Assembly: GCA_963740635.1 (NCBI GenBank)
Contig: CAVUEQ010000001.1
Location: 337,026-401,025, forward strand
From: an uncultured bacterium
GTDB taxonomy: Bacteria > Patescibacteriota > Saccharimonadia > UBA4664
DNA: 64,000 bases
Reading direction: 5' to 3'
Positions 8,975-17,826 of the stretch are shown in pieces. The notes under the pieces were generated by a model. The model was not told the origin of the DNA and did no database searches. It saw only the letters and a program-made list of their open reading frames with translations. Every line of letters begins with the position of its first letter. The first letter of the stretch is position 1. The position numbers and the translations under genes are program-made.

Positions 8975-9950
8975 TCGGATGCTCCTTGTATTTGGCGAAG
9001 GCGCTGACTAGCTGGCGCTTTTCGTATTTTACATCAGTGGATTTGCAACGGTAGGCCGCGGCGTTGGGGTGGCCGCCTCCGCCCAGGAGTTCGGCAATGG
9101 GGCCGGCGGCTTCGATGGTGGAGCGCAGCGGGACGTTGATTTTGGTGCCGTAATTTTTGAATACGGCCACCAGTTCAACGCCTTTGGTCCATTGCATTTC
9201 GGACAGGATGAGGGTGTAGGGCTCGGCGATGTCATTGTATTTGGCGACGGTTTCGGGGTCGATTTCGGCGATGGCCAGCGCGCCGTCCTGGAAAAACTCG
9301 ACCGATTCGAGCAGGCGGCCCTTGAGATGCAGTAGGTCGGGTGTGAGGGCCGTATACTCTTTGCGTGATTTGGCGAGTTCGTAGAGGCTGACTCCTGCTT
9401 TAGTGAGCTCGGCCAGCATGGCGACGCTGTGGGCGGTGGTGCCGGAGGTGGTGAGGCCGAGCGAATCGGCCAGGAGGGCGCTGGCGAGTTTGGTGGCGGC
9501 TTGGGGGTTGATGGGCCACTTGAGGTCCAGCGCGATCTGGGTGATAACCTCGGAAGTGGATACGGCTTCCTCGACGATTTCGGTGACCTCAAACGGGAAT
9601 GGCTGCCTGCTGACGTGGTGGTCGATGATGAGGAACGGCTTGCCGGCCAGCTCGGGCTGGTAGTGCTCCAGCGCCGACTTGATGAGCGCCGGGCTGCCGG
9701 TGTCGACCAGGATGGTGAGGTCGAAGCTTTTCGGAAAGTTTTGCCCCACGCGGTCCCAGCCTTCGAGGAAATGCAGGTAGGTCTCGGGCTCTTTATATGA
9801 GTACAGGCGCACCTGCTTGCCCATATCGCCGAGGATTTCCTCGAGCGCCAGCGCTGAGCCCAGGCTGTCGCCGTCAGGGGAATCGGGCTGGAGTACAAGG
9901 ATGGCGTTGGCCGAATCGATGAGTTTTTTGATTTGGTTGGGCGAGGTCAT
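8946..9950 (-). CDS. nrnA: DHH/DHHA1 phosphoesterase (NrnA-like oligoribonuclease/pAp phosphatase)
   Basis: ..PDSPDGDSLGSALAL.., ..IIDHHVS.., ..GGGGHPNAAAY.. Its 3' end overlaps the cysS start by 29 nt. Confidence 0.8.
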   Translation of the reverse strand: MTSPNQIKKLIDSANAILVLQPDSPDGDSLGSALALEEILGDMGKQVRLYSYKEPETYLHFLEGWDRVGQNFPKSFDLTILVDTGSPALIKSALEHYQPELAGKPFLIIDHHVSRQPFPFEVTEIVEEAVSTSEVITQIALDLKWPINPQAATKLASALLADSLGLTTSGTTAHSVAMLAELTKAGVSLYELAKSRKEYTALTPDLLHLKGRLLESVEFFQDGALAIAEIDPETVAKYNDIAEPYTLILSEMQWTKGVELVAVFKNYGTKINVPLRSTIEAAGPIAELLGGGGHPNAAAYRCKSTDVKYEKRQLVSAFAKYKEHPNAPAQHANA

Positions 9951-9980
9951 GCGTGTAATCCGGTGAATGATGAGGATCTC

Positions 9981-10304
9981 CTAGGTGAAAAATGTGCGCA
10001 GAGCAGTCAGTAATTGCTCGCTGGTGTGGCGGTCTAGCGCAGCCAACCGGGTGAGCAACCGGTTGCGGTCTATGACGCGCACTTGGTCGACGGCGGCTTG
10101 CGCTTGCCGGCCCATAAAGTCGAAGTCCAGGCGGAAGGCATAACTATGCGCGGCGGAGGTGAGCGGCACAATGACAACGGTGTTTAGATGCTTGTTGGTG
10201 GCATCCGGTGAAACGACTATGCAGGGGCGGGTCTTGCGAAGTTCTGAGCCAAGGCTTGGGTCGAGGGGAGTAAGCCAGATATCAAACCGTTTTACCATTG
10301 CCAT
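9981..10304 (-). CDS. mazF: MazF/PemK-family endoribonuclease toxin
   Basis: MVKRFDIWLTPLDPSLGSELRKTRPCIVVSPD..VVIVPLTS. The start overlaps the end of the antitoxin gene. Confidence 0.85.
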   Translation of the reverse strand: MAMVKRFDIWLTPLDPSLGSELRKTRPCIVVSPDATNKHLNTVVIVPLTSAAHSYAFRLDFDFMGRQAQAAVDQVRVIDRNRLLTRLAALDRHTSEQLLTALRTFFT

Positions 10305-10549
10305 TGGGTCTCGTCCCAAGCTGATTCGGTGTTCTCGCCGAGCAATAAGGAGTCATCGCCCCGCCGGTGCATGGCTTTGGCCGACTCTTCCCAGTCTTTG
10401 TGGACGCCCTCCGCGGGTGTAATGACGAGTTCGTTACCCCGCGTTTCGATTTGCAGGTCGCCCGCCCATTGCAGTTCGTCGAGTAGCTTTTTGGGCAGGC
10501 GAATCCCCCGGGAGTTGCCAATGGGTACTATCTTAGCAGTGGTCTTCAT
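10292..10549 (-). CDS. mazE: AbrB/MazE/SpoVT-type antitoxin
   Basis: MKTTAKIVPIGNSRGIRLPKKLLDEL.. swapped-hairpin motif, acidic C-terminus, located directly upstream of mazF. Confidence 0.8.
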   Translation of the reverse strand: MKTTAKIVPIGNSRGIRLPKKLLDELQWAGDLQIETRGNELVITPAEGVHKDWEESAKAMHRRGDDSLLLGENTESAWDETQWQW

Positions 10550-10598
10550 AAGGCCATCTTAATTTAACCGGAATGTAGTTACAAGTAATTATCTGTTT

Positions 10599-11198
10599 TC
10601 AAAATGCCTGCCTCCCTTGGAGGGCGCGGCCGAGGGTGATTTGGTCCGCATACTCGAGATCGCCCCCCACTGGCAAGCCGCGGGCCAGGCGCGTGAGGGT
10701 GACGCCGGTGGGCTCGAGATGAGAGCGAATGTACATGGCGGTGGATTCGCCCTCGAGGCTGGGGTTGGTGGCCAAAATCACCTCTTCCACTCCCCCGTCC
10801 TGCACGCGGCGCAGGAGGCTTTGGATTTCCAGGCGGTCGGGGCCGATGCCGTCGATGGGGCTGATGACGCCCCCGAGCACGTGGTAGAGGCCCTGGTAGA
10901 GCCCGGTTTTCTCGATAGCGACCACATCAAACGGCTCCTCGACTACGGCGATAGTGCCGCGGGTGCGGTGCGGCGAGGTGCACACCTCACACTCCTCGGC
11001 CTCGGCGAAATTGAAGCAGGTGCGGCAGTTGCGGACGCCGGCGTGGAGGCCGTCGAGGGCGGCGCCGAGCGAGGCCGCGCGGGCCGGGTCGGATTTGAGC
11101 ACATGAAAGGCCAGCCGTTCGGCCGTGCGCGGGCCAACACCGGGCAGTTTGCCCAGCTCGGTGATGAGGCGCTCAACTGACGACGGCACGATTTGCAT
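10599..11198 (-). CDS. recR: Recombination protein RecR
   Basis: MQIVPSSVERLITELGKLPGVGPRTAERLAFHVL, a C4 zinc finger (CRTCFNFAEAEECEVC) and a Toprim segment. Trimmed from the track ORF, whose first 88 aa are Arg/Ser/Pro-rich. Confidence 0.95.
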   Translation of the reverse strand: MQIVPSSVERLITELGKLPGVGPRTAERLAFHVLKSDPARAASLGAALDGLHAGVRNCRTCFNFAEAEECEVCTSPHRTRGTIAVVEEPFDVVAIEKTGLYQGLYHVLGGVISPIDGIGPDRLEIQSLLRRVQDGGVEEVILATNPSLEGESTAMYIRSHLEPTGVTLTRLARGLPVGGDLEYADQITLGRALQGRQAF

Positions 11199-11241
11199 AC
11201 TTATACCATAATTTGGGGAACTACCCCGTCTTCCGAAGAGT

Positions 11242-11529
11242 CTACAGCCCAGGCAGGCCGAGTCCGCCGGCGACACTGCGCATCTTTTCGGCGGCCAGCT
11301 GTTGCGAGCGCGTGATGGCCTGGGTGATGGCCGATTCGATCCATTTCTCGACCTTGGCGATGTCGGCCTCGCGCACGATGTCCTCGTTGAGCGTGACCTT
11401 CTGGATCTTCTGTTCGCCGTTAATTTTAACCTTGACCGCGCCGTTGCCGGCCTCAACCTCAATGACTTCTTTGGCCAGGGCGCTTTGGATTTTCTTCAGC
11501 TCAAATAGCGCCTTGCTCTTCTCAAACAT
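11242..11529 (-). CDS. ybaB: YbaB/EbfC nucleoid-associated protein
   Basis: 95 aa, ..EVEAGNGAVKVKINGEQKIQKVTLNEDIV.., ends GLGLPGL. Located directly upstream of recR. Confidence 0.9.
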   Translation of the reverse strand: MFEKSKALFELKKIQSALAKEVIEVEAGNGAVKVKINGEQKIQKVTLNEDIVREADIAKVEKWIESAITQAITRSQQLAAEKMRSVAGGLGLPGL

Positions 11530-11540
11530 TTAAACTCCTT

Positions 11541-13418
11541 ATGCTTTGTTCTACAATGTGGGTAATGACTATACTCAATCGTATCACAGGCAGGGTTATC
11601 GGGTTTGGGCGCCGTTATCATGCGTGGCTAGCGGCCGGGATGATCGGGGTAATGGCGATGCTGGCGTTTGGGAGCATGATCGGCAACTCGGCGATTGTGG
11701 ATGAGGTGGCCCACATCCCGGCGGGGTACTCGTATGTCCACTATTCCGATTACCGGCTAAACCCGGAGCATCCGCCGCTCATCAAGGATCTGGCCGGCCT
11801 GCCGCTGCAGTTTCTGGGTTTGAAGTTCCCCGATTATGAGGCGTCCTGGACGACGGACGTGAACGGCCAGTGGGAGGCGGGTTGGAACTTCTTGTACCAC
11901 ATCGGCAACGATCCGGACTGGATACTATTTTGGGCCAGGCTGCCGATACTGGTGCTGATGCTGGCATTTGGGGCGGTGTTGTATGTGATTGTGCGCCGCC
12001 GGTGGGGTGTCGCGGCCGCCTTGGCTACCCTGTTTTTGTATGCTCTGAGCCCAAATTTCATTGCCCACGGGACGCTGGTGACCACCGATTTGGGTGCCAG
12101 TGTGTTTATATTCCTGGCCATTGTGGCGTTTGGGCGGTTCGTGAATAAGCCGGCGGGTTCGAATGTTGTGATTTTGGGCTTGGCCTTGGCCGGGGCCGAG
12201 CTGGCGAAGTTTTCGGCGATATTGCTGTACCCGTTTTTGGGCGCCGTGGCCTTATGTCTGGTGTACCTGCTGAGAAGGCCCGAGGGAGTGCCGGCCCGGG
12301 CCAAGACCTACTTGGGCGGGTTTATCGGCGCCTCGGCTCTCAGCCTGGGGGTGATTTGGGCCTACTATGCCACCCAAGTGGCCAGGATGCCGGTGGAGGT
12401 GCAGAGCCGGCTCATTAGCGGCTCGCTGCCGTCGGACAACATGCGTCCGATTGCCAACCTGCTGATGCACGTGAACAGTCTGCCCCTGATGAAGTCGTTG
12501 GTGCAGTATCTGCTGGGTGTCACGATGGTGTATGGCCGGGTGACCGGCGGGAACGTCACGTATTTTAACGGCCAGGTGACGAATGAGAGCTTCCATGCTT
12601 ACTTTCCGGAGCTGTTCGCGCTGAAGACCCAGATCGCGCTGTTGCTGCTGATGCTGGGATTGTTGGTTTGGCTGGGGTGGCGGGTCCTGCGGCTGCCGGT
12701 GCGCCAATGGGCCACCGCGCTGGTCGAGAACGTGCGCGCTCATGTGCTGGAGTGGACGCTCGGGGTGTTTGCCTTGTTCTACTTTGGCGTATCGGTGGCT
12801 GGTAATCTGAATTTGGGTATCAGGCACGTGCTGCCGGTGTACTTGCCGCTGTTTCTGCTGGTGGCGTTGGGTACGGTGAAGGTGCTCCGGAGTGTGAAGG
12901 GCAAGCACCTGTTTGGGCCGGCCATGGCCGCTGTTATGGCTTTGGCCCTGTGGTATGGGGGGAGCACGGTGCTGGCCTACCCGAATTATTTGTCATACTT
13001 CAATGAATCGATTGGCGGGCAGGGCAATTCGGGCAAATACTTCTCGGATTCGAGCGTCGATTGGGGCCAGGATTTGCGGCGGTTGGTGAAATATGTAAAA
13101 GCGCATCCCGAGATACATAAAATTGCGGTCGACTATTTCGGTGGCGGCGCCCCCGAGTATTACTTTTGCGCCCGCAAGTACGCGAATGGCCAGCTGATCG
13201 CTACTTCGGCCGGGTATGACTGCTCCGACAGTCAGTACGTGGAGTGGCATGCGCAATACGGTCAGTATACCGGGCAATATATAGCGGTTTCGGAAACCTT
13301 CCTGGAAAACGACCGTTATTACGCCGCCAAACAGAACCGTGCCGGGTATGAGTACCTGCGCCAGCGTGAGCCGAAGACTATCATCGGCAACAGTATCTAC
13401 GTTTACCAGCTCTACTAA
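11541..13418 (+). CDS. Family-39 (PMT/ArnT-like) lipid-carrier-dependent glycosyltransferase, polytopic
   Basis: 625 aa. First-loop motif ..VDEVAHIPAGYSYVHYSDYRLNPEHPPLIKDL.., many TM segments, C-terminal soluble domain. Confidence 0.8.
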   Translation: MLCSTMWVMTILNRITGRVIGFGRRYHAWLAAGMIGVMAMLAFGSMIGNSAIVDEVAHIPAGYSYVHYSDYRLNPEHPPLIKDLAGLPLQFLGLKFPDYEASWTTDVNGQWEAGWNFLYHIGNDPDWILFWARLPILVLMLAFGAVLYVIVRRRWGVAAALATLFLYALSPNFIAHGTLVTTDLGASVFIFLAIVAFGRFVNKPAGSNVVILGLALAGAELAKFSAILLYPFLGAVALCLVYLLRRPEGVPARAKTYLGGFIGASALSLGVIWAYYATQVARMPVEVQSRLISGSLPSDNMRPIANLLMHVNSLPLMKSLVQYLLGVTMVYGRVTGGNVTYFNGQVTNESFHAYFPELFALKTQIALLLLMLGLLVWLGWRVLRLPVRQWATALVENVRAHVLEWTLGVFALFYFGVSVAGNLNLGIRHVLPVYLPLFLLVALGTVKVLRSVKGKHLFGPAMAAVMALALWYGGSTVLAYPNYLSYFNESIGGQGNSGKYFSDSSVDWGQDLRRLVKYVKAHPEIHKIAVDYFGGGAPEYYFCARKYANGQLIATSAGYDCSDSQYVEWHAQYGQYTGQYIAVSETFLENDRYYAAKQNRAGYEYLRQREPKTIIGNSIYVYQLY

Positions 13419-13436
13419 GTGACTTCAGGTCTAAAC

Positions 13437-13461
13437 AAAACGAGCCCGGAGGCTCGTTTTG
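13437..13461. terminator. Bidirectional intrinsic terminator between convergent glycosyltransferase genes
   Basis: AAA ACGAGCC CGGA GGCTCGT TTTT: perfect 7-bp stem with A-run and T-run flanks. Confidence 0.65.
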
Positions 13462-13567
13462 CGATAGTTAATGGTCCTAATGTGGGTACCTGCAGTACTC
13501 AAAATAGGTCCACCTCACAACTACCTGCTTTGGTTGTAACACTAGCGGTTCTAAGAATCAAGCGTTT

Positions 13568-14338
13568 TTAATAAACGGGCTTATGGACGTAGCTGGCGCG
13601 CGTGTAGCGGCCTGTCCACAGGCCCAGGCGGACCTTGAAGGGGTCCATGAAGCTAGACAAGGCGACCCCCAGGAGCGAGTCGCCGACCAGGCCGGCGGCG
13701 GCGGTTTTGGGGTCTTTCCAATCGGGGGTTTCGATAAAATCGATTTTGTAACCGAGGGTGCGGGCGATGCCCAGGACCTCCAGGTCGAAGCTCCATTGCA
13801 GCATGGTCATGCGGCTGAAGATTTCTTCGGCGGCTTCGGCTTCGAAGACCTTGAAGCCGCATTGGGTGTCTTTGATGCCGGGCACCACCAGTACTTGGGC
13901 CGCGAGATTGGCGGCTTTGGACATGACCTTGCGGCTGAACTCCTTGTGGATGGTGAACAGGTTGCGGACCGCGATGGCGACTTTGCCGCCTCGCTGCATG
14001 AAGGCGTGGACCTCGTCGAGGTGAGTCAGCGGTGTGGCCAGGTCGGCGTCCATGAACAACCGGTAGCGGCCCCGGGCCTCAAACATGCCCAGCCGGACGT
14101 CGCGGCCCTTCCCGACCCGCGGTCCGGCGTTGACCACGCGGAAATGCTTGAACAGCTTGGTTTGGGCGGCGGCGATTTTGGCGGTGCCGTCGGGGCTGTC
14201 GGGCACCACCACCAGTACCTCGACGTGGCCGTAGTCCCGGGAATCCAGGAATTTGGCCAGTTCGGCCAGCTTGCCGGCGATGAGAGCGGCCTCCATGTAG
14301 GCCGGGATGATGATGCTGAGGCCGATTTGGTCTGCCAT
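13568..14338 (-). CDS. Family-2 glycosyltransferase (polyprenyl-phosphate sugar synthase-like)
   Basis: LSIIIPAYMEAALI.., VVVPDSPDGT.., FMDADLATPL (DXD). Confidence 0.85.
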   Translation of the reverse strand: MADQIGLSIIIPAYMEAALIAGKLAELAKFLDSRDYGHVEVLVVVPDSPDGTAKIAAAQTKLFKHFRVVNAGPRVGKGRDVRLGMFEARGRYRLFMDADLATPLTHLDEVHAFMQRGGKVAIAVRNLFTIHKEFSRKVMSKAANLAAQVLVVPGIKDTQCGFKVFEAEAAEEIFSRMTMLQWSFDLEVLGIARTLGYKIDFIETPDWKDPKTAAAGLVGDSLLGVALSSFMDPFKVRLGLWTGRYTRASYVHKPVY

Positions 14339-15876
14339 TACTTTGTGGTCTCGTAAATGTAGTAAATCTCGATTTGGTTGAAGCTGGAGTAGAGCGGGCG
14401 CAGCACGCCGCCCGGGAATTTGGCCTTGAGGGTTTTCACGGCTTCGTCACGGCTGGCGGCGGTGATGTAGAACTGGCGGTTGGTGGCGGCGATGGGCAAG
14501 GCGGTGAGGTCGGCGGGGGTCATGATCCGGTATTTGGTGCGTCCCCGGTCGAGGTAGTCGACCACCGGAGTTTGGTCGGATGGAATTACCACATAGCGCT
14601 CGCCGGCAAAGTTGTCGTAGCGCAAACGGGCCGCGATTTGGTTGGCGCCTTCATTGTAGGCAATGTAGACGGCGGTGCTGCCTGCCCAAGCCTTGAAGTA
14701 CTGCGTGTAGCCTTGGAGCAGCGTGAGGGTGAGGAGCAGGATGATGGCGGCTTGGCCGGTGGCGCGGGCGGCCGAATTGACCGGGAAGGTGGCGTACCAC
14801 ATCTCGAGCATGTAGCCGGTGCCAATACCGACTAGCGCGAAGATTAGAGGCAGAGCGCCGGCGGCCCAGCTGGCATTGGGGGTGCCGGTAGTGGTGAGGG
14901 TGGCGGGTATTAGCATCACCAGGGTGAAGAGCATCACGATGCGGTAGCGGCCTTTGTCGAGGCGCGAAACGGCGACGAGCAGGCCGGCTATCATCATGAG
15001 GCCAACGAAAGCGTTGAGCATAGGTTCGGGCGCCAGATTATGCCGGTAATTCTCGTCGCCGTGCACATTGAACATCAGTAAGACTTTGACGAGGTTGCTC
15101 AGGAAGGTTTGGGGGTTGGTGACAAGGCTCAGCGCATGCGGCAGGTCGCGCAAGGCGGTGAGCGAGACGGCTACAATGTAGCCAAGGATGGCGAGGCCGG
15201 CGGCGAGAATGGCGGCTCCGGTGGCGCGGCGCGAGGGGTCGGCGAACAACTTGTGGGCTCGCGCGAGGCGCCAGATGGCCACCGCCAGCACGGTGAGGAC
15301 CAACAGCCAGCCAAGCGGGCCGCTCAGCAGATCCAGCGCGAGGGCCGCGCCAACGACGGCGTAGCGGCCGGAGGTTGGGTGCCTCAGGGCGCGGCGGCAG
15401 GCCCAGAGCGTGAACGGCACCAGCAGCGGCGGCAAGGCCGAGGGCAGGCCGGAGCGGGCAATGGTAACGGCCCAGGGCGACACGGCCATGGTGAACGCGC
15501 CGGCCCACGCGACGCGCTTGCCAAACCAGTCCCGCAGCCAAATCCAGGTCATCACGACCGCGGCTACACCCAGCAGGGCGCTCCAAAGCCGCAGACCCGG
15601 GCCGTTGTGCAGCAGGTGGGCCGGGATTGCCTGTAGCCAGACCCACAGCGGCGCATAGCTGTTGGCGGCATTGAGCGAGGGCACCGGGTGGGTAAAGTTT
15701 ACGGCCAGGCCCTGCAGGCCGATGCGAGCGGAGGCTTCGTCGAGGCCGGGCGGCAGGGTAGTGATCTGGTAGAACCTGAAAAATGCGGCAATGCCCGTGA
15801 CCGCCAGTACACCTACCGGGGTCCAGAACCGGCCGAGCCAGGCGAAGGGCGGAACGGCTGCGGGCTTCTTAGGCAT
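14338..15876 (-). CDS. Second GT39/ArnT-like polytopic glycosyltransferase
   Basis: Start trimmed to MPKKPAAVPPFAWLGRFW.. (ATG 15874-15876; 8-nt overlap with the gtrA-like gene). FRFYQITTLPPGLDEASA.. loop, about 12 TM segments, soluble C-terminus. Confidence 0.75.
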   Translation of the reverse strand: MPKKPAAVPPFAWLGRFWTPVGVLAVTGIAAFFRFYQITTLPPGLDEASARIGLQGLAVNFTHPVPSLNAANSYAPLWVWLQAIPAHLLHNGPGLRLWSALLGVAAVVMTWIWLRDWFGKRVAWAGAFTMAVSPWAVTIARSGLPSALPPLLVPFTLWACRRALRHPTSGRYAVVGAALALDLLSGPLGWLLVLTVLAVAIWRLARAHKLFADPSRRATGAAILAAGLAILGYIVAVSLTALRDLPHALSLVTNPQTFLSNLVKVLLMFNVHGDENYRHNLAPEPMLNAFVGLMMIAGLLVAVSRLDKGRYRIVMLFTLVMLIPATLTTTGTPNASWAAGALPLIFALVGIGTGYMLEMWYATFPVNSAARATGQAAIILLLTLTLLQGYTQYFKAWAGSTAVYIAYNEGANQIAARLRYDNFAGERYVVIPSDQTPVVDYLDRGRTKYRIMTPADLTALPIAATNRQFYITAASRDEAVKTLKAKFPGGVLRPLYSSFNQIEIYYIYETTK

Positions 15877-16345
15877 TTTTGAATACCACTTTTTTGTACA
15901 TGATGTAATTCCAGGTGAGGCTGACCATGGTGGCGATGGCTTTGGCGCCATTTTTTATGATGAATTGGTCGTGGGCGGAGATTCCGAGCATGTGCGCCAG
16001 GGCGAGAACCAGCGCCAGCGGCGCCAGCCATACTTCTGTCAGTAACTTTATGGTGCCCGTTTGCAGAATGTAGAGACCGAAGCCGGTGACGGCCAGAAAC
16101 AGCAGGATTTGGCGGTGAACCGATGCCTGGTTGGCGCCTTTGAATACCACGTGGCGGTTGGCCAGGAAGCTGAAGGTCATGGCGATGGTGGTGGAAACAA
16201 TGTTGGACTGGACGAGGGTGAGGCCGACAATACCGGACAAAATATTATATATTGCGAAGTCGATCGCGGTGTTGAGTATGCCGACAACGCCAAATTTTCC
16301 GGCCCGGACAATTTCGTGGCGCCTACTCGGTTGGGTGTTCGACAC
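15869..16345 (-). CDS. GtrA-family membrane protein
   Basis: ..KFGVVGILNTAIDFAIYNIL.., 4 TM segments, 158 aa. Confidence 0.85.
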   Translation of the reverse strand: MSNTQPSRRHEIVRAGKFGVVGILNTAIDFAIYNILSGIVGLTLVQSNIVSTTIAMTFSFLANRHVVFKGANQASVHRQILLFLAVTGFGLYILQTGTIKLLTEVWLAPLALVLALAHMLGISAHDQFIIKNGAKAIATMVSLTWNYIMYKKVVFKNA

Positions 16346-16410
16346 TATGACCTCAATAACTTGTGCATTGCCTTGAGCATAACCGTTATCCGCAATCCTG
16401 TAAACCGAGC

Positions 16411-17826
16411 CTACGCCCGGCCATGGTAGCTGCCGCGGGGTGCGTCGGCGAAGCGGCGCTGCTCCGGGTGGAAGTAGAGCTCGATATCGCCGATGGGGCC
16501 GTTGCGGTGCTTTTTGATCATGACTTCGGTGATGTTTTCGTCGGCCTGCTTGTCGTAGTACCAGGGCCGGTAGATGAAGGCCACCACGTCGGCGTCTTGC
16601 TCGATGGAGCCGGAGTCGCGCAGGTCGGACAGCTGCGGGATCGGGGGGTTGCGGCTTTCGACGGCGCGCGAGAGTTGGGACAGGGCGATGACCGGCACGT
16701 TGAGCTCGCGCGCGAGGCCCTTGAGGCCCCTGCTGATCTCCGAGACCTCCTGCTGGCGGCCTTCGGCTGTGCGGGCGCCGCCGGAGATGAGCTGGAGGTA
16801 GTCGATGACGATGAGGCCCAGGCCGTGCTCGGCCTGCAGGCGGCGAGCTTTGGTGCGCATTTCCATGACGTTGGTGAGGGCGGAGTCGTCGATGTAGAGC
16901 GGGGCTTCGGACAGCTCGGCCATGGCTTCGTTGATGCGCGGGAAATCCTCGTCGTCGAGGGCGCCGGTGCGCAGTTTCCAGGAGTCGATGCCCGATTCGA
17001 TGGCCAGGAGCTGGTCGATGAGCTGCTCCTTGGACACCTCAAGGCTGAAGAAGCCGACTGGTATCCCCTCTTTGGCGGCCACGTGGTGGGCGATATTCAT
17101 TACGAGGGTAGTTTTACCCATGGAGGGGCGGGCGGCCAGGATGAGCAGGTCGGAGTTTTGCAGGCCGGCCAGCAAATGGTCGAGGTCGCGGAAGCCGGTG
17201 GGGATGCCCCGGAGCTTGTCGGCGTTGGTGTGCATCTCGTTGAGGCGGTCGAAGCTGTCGGCCAGTATGGAATGAATCGGGATGAAGTTTTGCTTGAGGT
17301 TTTTCTGGGAGACTTCGAAGATGGTTTGCTCGGCTTTGTCGAGCAGGGAATCGAGGGGGGTTTGCTCGTCGTAGCCAAATTGGGTGATGTTACTGGCGGC
17401 GGCGATGAGGCGGCGCAGGGTAGCTTTGTGCGACACGATGCCGGCGTAGTGGACCACGTGGGCGGCCGTCGGGACGGCGGTGGTGAGTTCGGCGATGTAG
17501 GCTGAGCCGCCGATGCGCTCAAGCTCACCGGCCCCGGAGAGTTTGTTTGAGAGGCTGACGATGTCGATGGGAGCCCGTTGCTCGTAGAGGTCCATGATGG
17601 CGGCGTAAATGAGGGCGTGGCGGTCGTTGTAGAAATCTTCGGCCGACACCACGTCGGCCACGCGGATGATGGCGTCTTTTTCGATCAGGATCGATCCCAG
17701 CAGGCTGATTTCGGCCTCGAGGTTTTGCGGGGGCACGCGGCCGGCGGCCACTTCGCGCTCGAGGATCTGGCCGATGCTGGGGGTAGCGGGAGTCCCGGGG
17801 CGCTGTTTGGTGTCGGTGCGCGGCAT
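16411..17826 (-). CDS. dnaB: Replicative DNA helicase DnaB
   Basis: PPQNLEAEISLLGSILIE.., Walker A ARPSMGKTT, ..IVIDYLQLI.. Confidence 0.95.
   Translation of the reverse strand: MPRTDTKQRPGTPATPSIGQILEREVAAGRVPPQNLEAEISLLGSILIEKDAIIRVADVVSAEDFYNDRHALIYAAIMDLYEQRAPIDIVSLSNKLSGAGELERIGGSAYIAELTTAVPTAAHVVHYAGIVSHKATLRRLIAAASNITQFGYDEQTPLDSLLDKAEQTIFEVSQKNLKQNFIPIHSILADSFDRLNEMHTNADKLRGIPTGFRDLDHLLAGLQNSDLLILAARPSMGKTTLVMNIAHHVAAKEGIPVGFFSLEVSKEQLIDQLLAIESGIDSWKLRTGALDDEDFPRINEAMAELSEAPLYIDDSALTNVMEMRTKARRLQAEHGLGLIVIDYLQLISGGARTAEGRQQEVSEISRGLKGLARELNVPVIALSQLSRAVESRNPPIPQLSDLRDSGSIEQDADVVAFIYRPWYYDKQADENITEVMIKKHRNGPIGDIELYFHPEQRRFADAPRGSYHGRA

Noticed and set aside
16363-17505. Long plus-strand ORFs antisense to real genes, for example 16363-17505 (380 aa), 13583-14356, 20309-21289, 26210-26992, 62052-62990 and 1493-2335.
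   Set aside because: Their products are Gly/Ala/Val/Asp/Arg-rich with no motifs. They lie exactly opposite well-recognised genes (dnaB, GT2, rplL region, glyA, rpoA). These are typical stop-poor shadow frames in GC-rich DNA.
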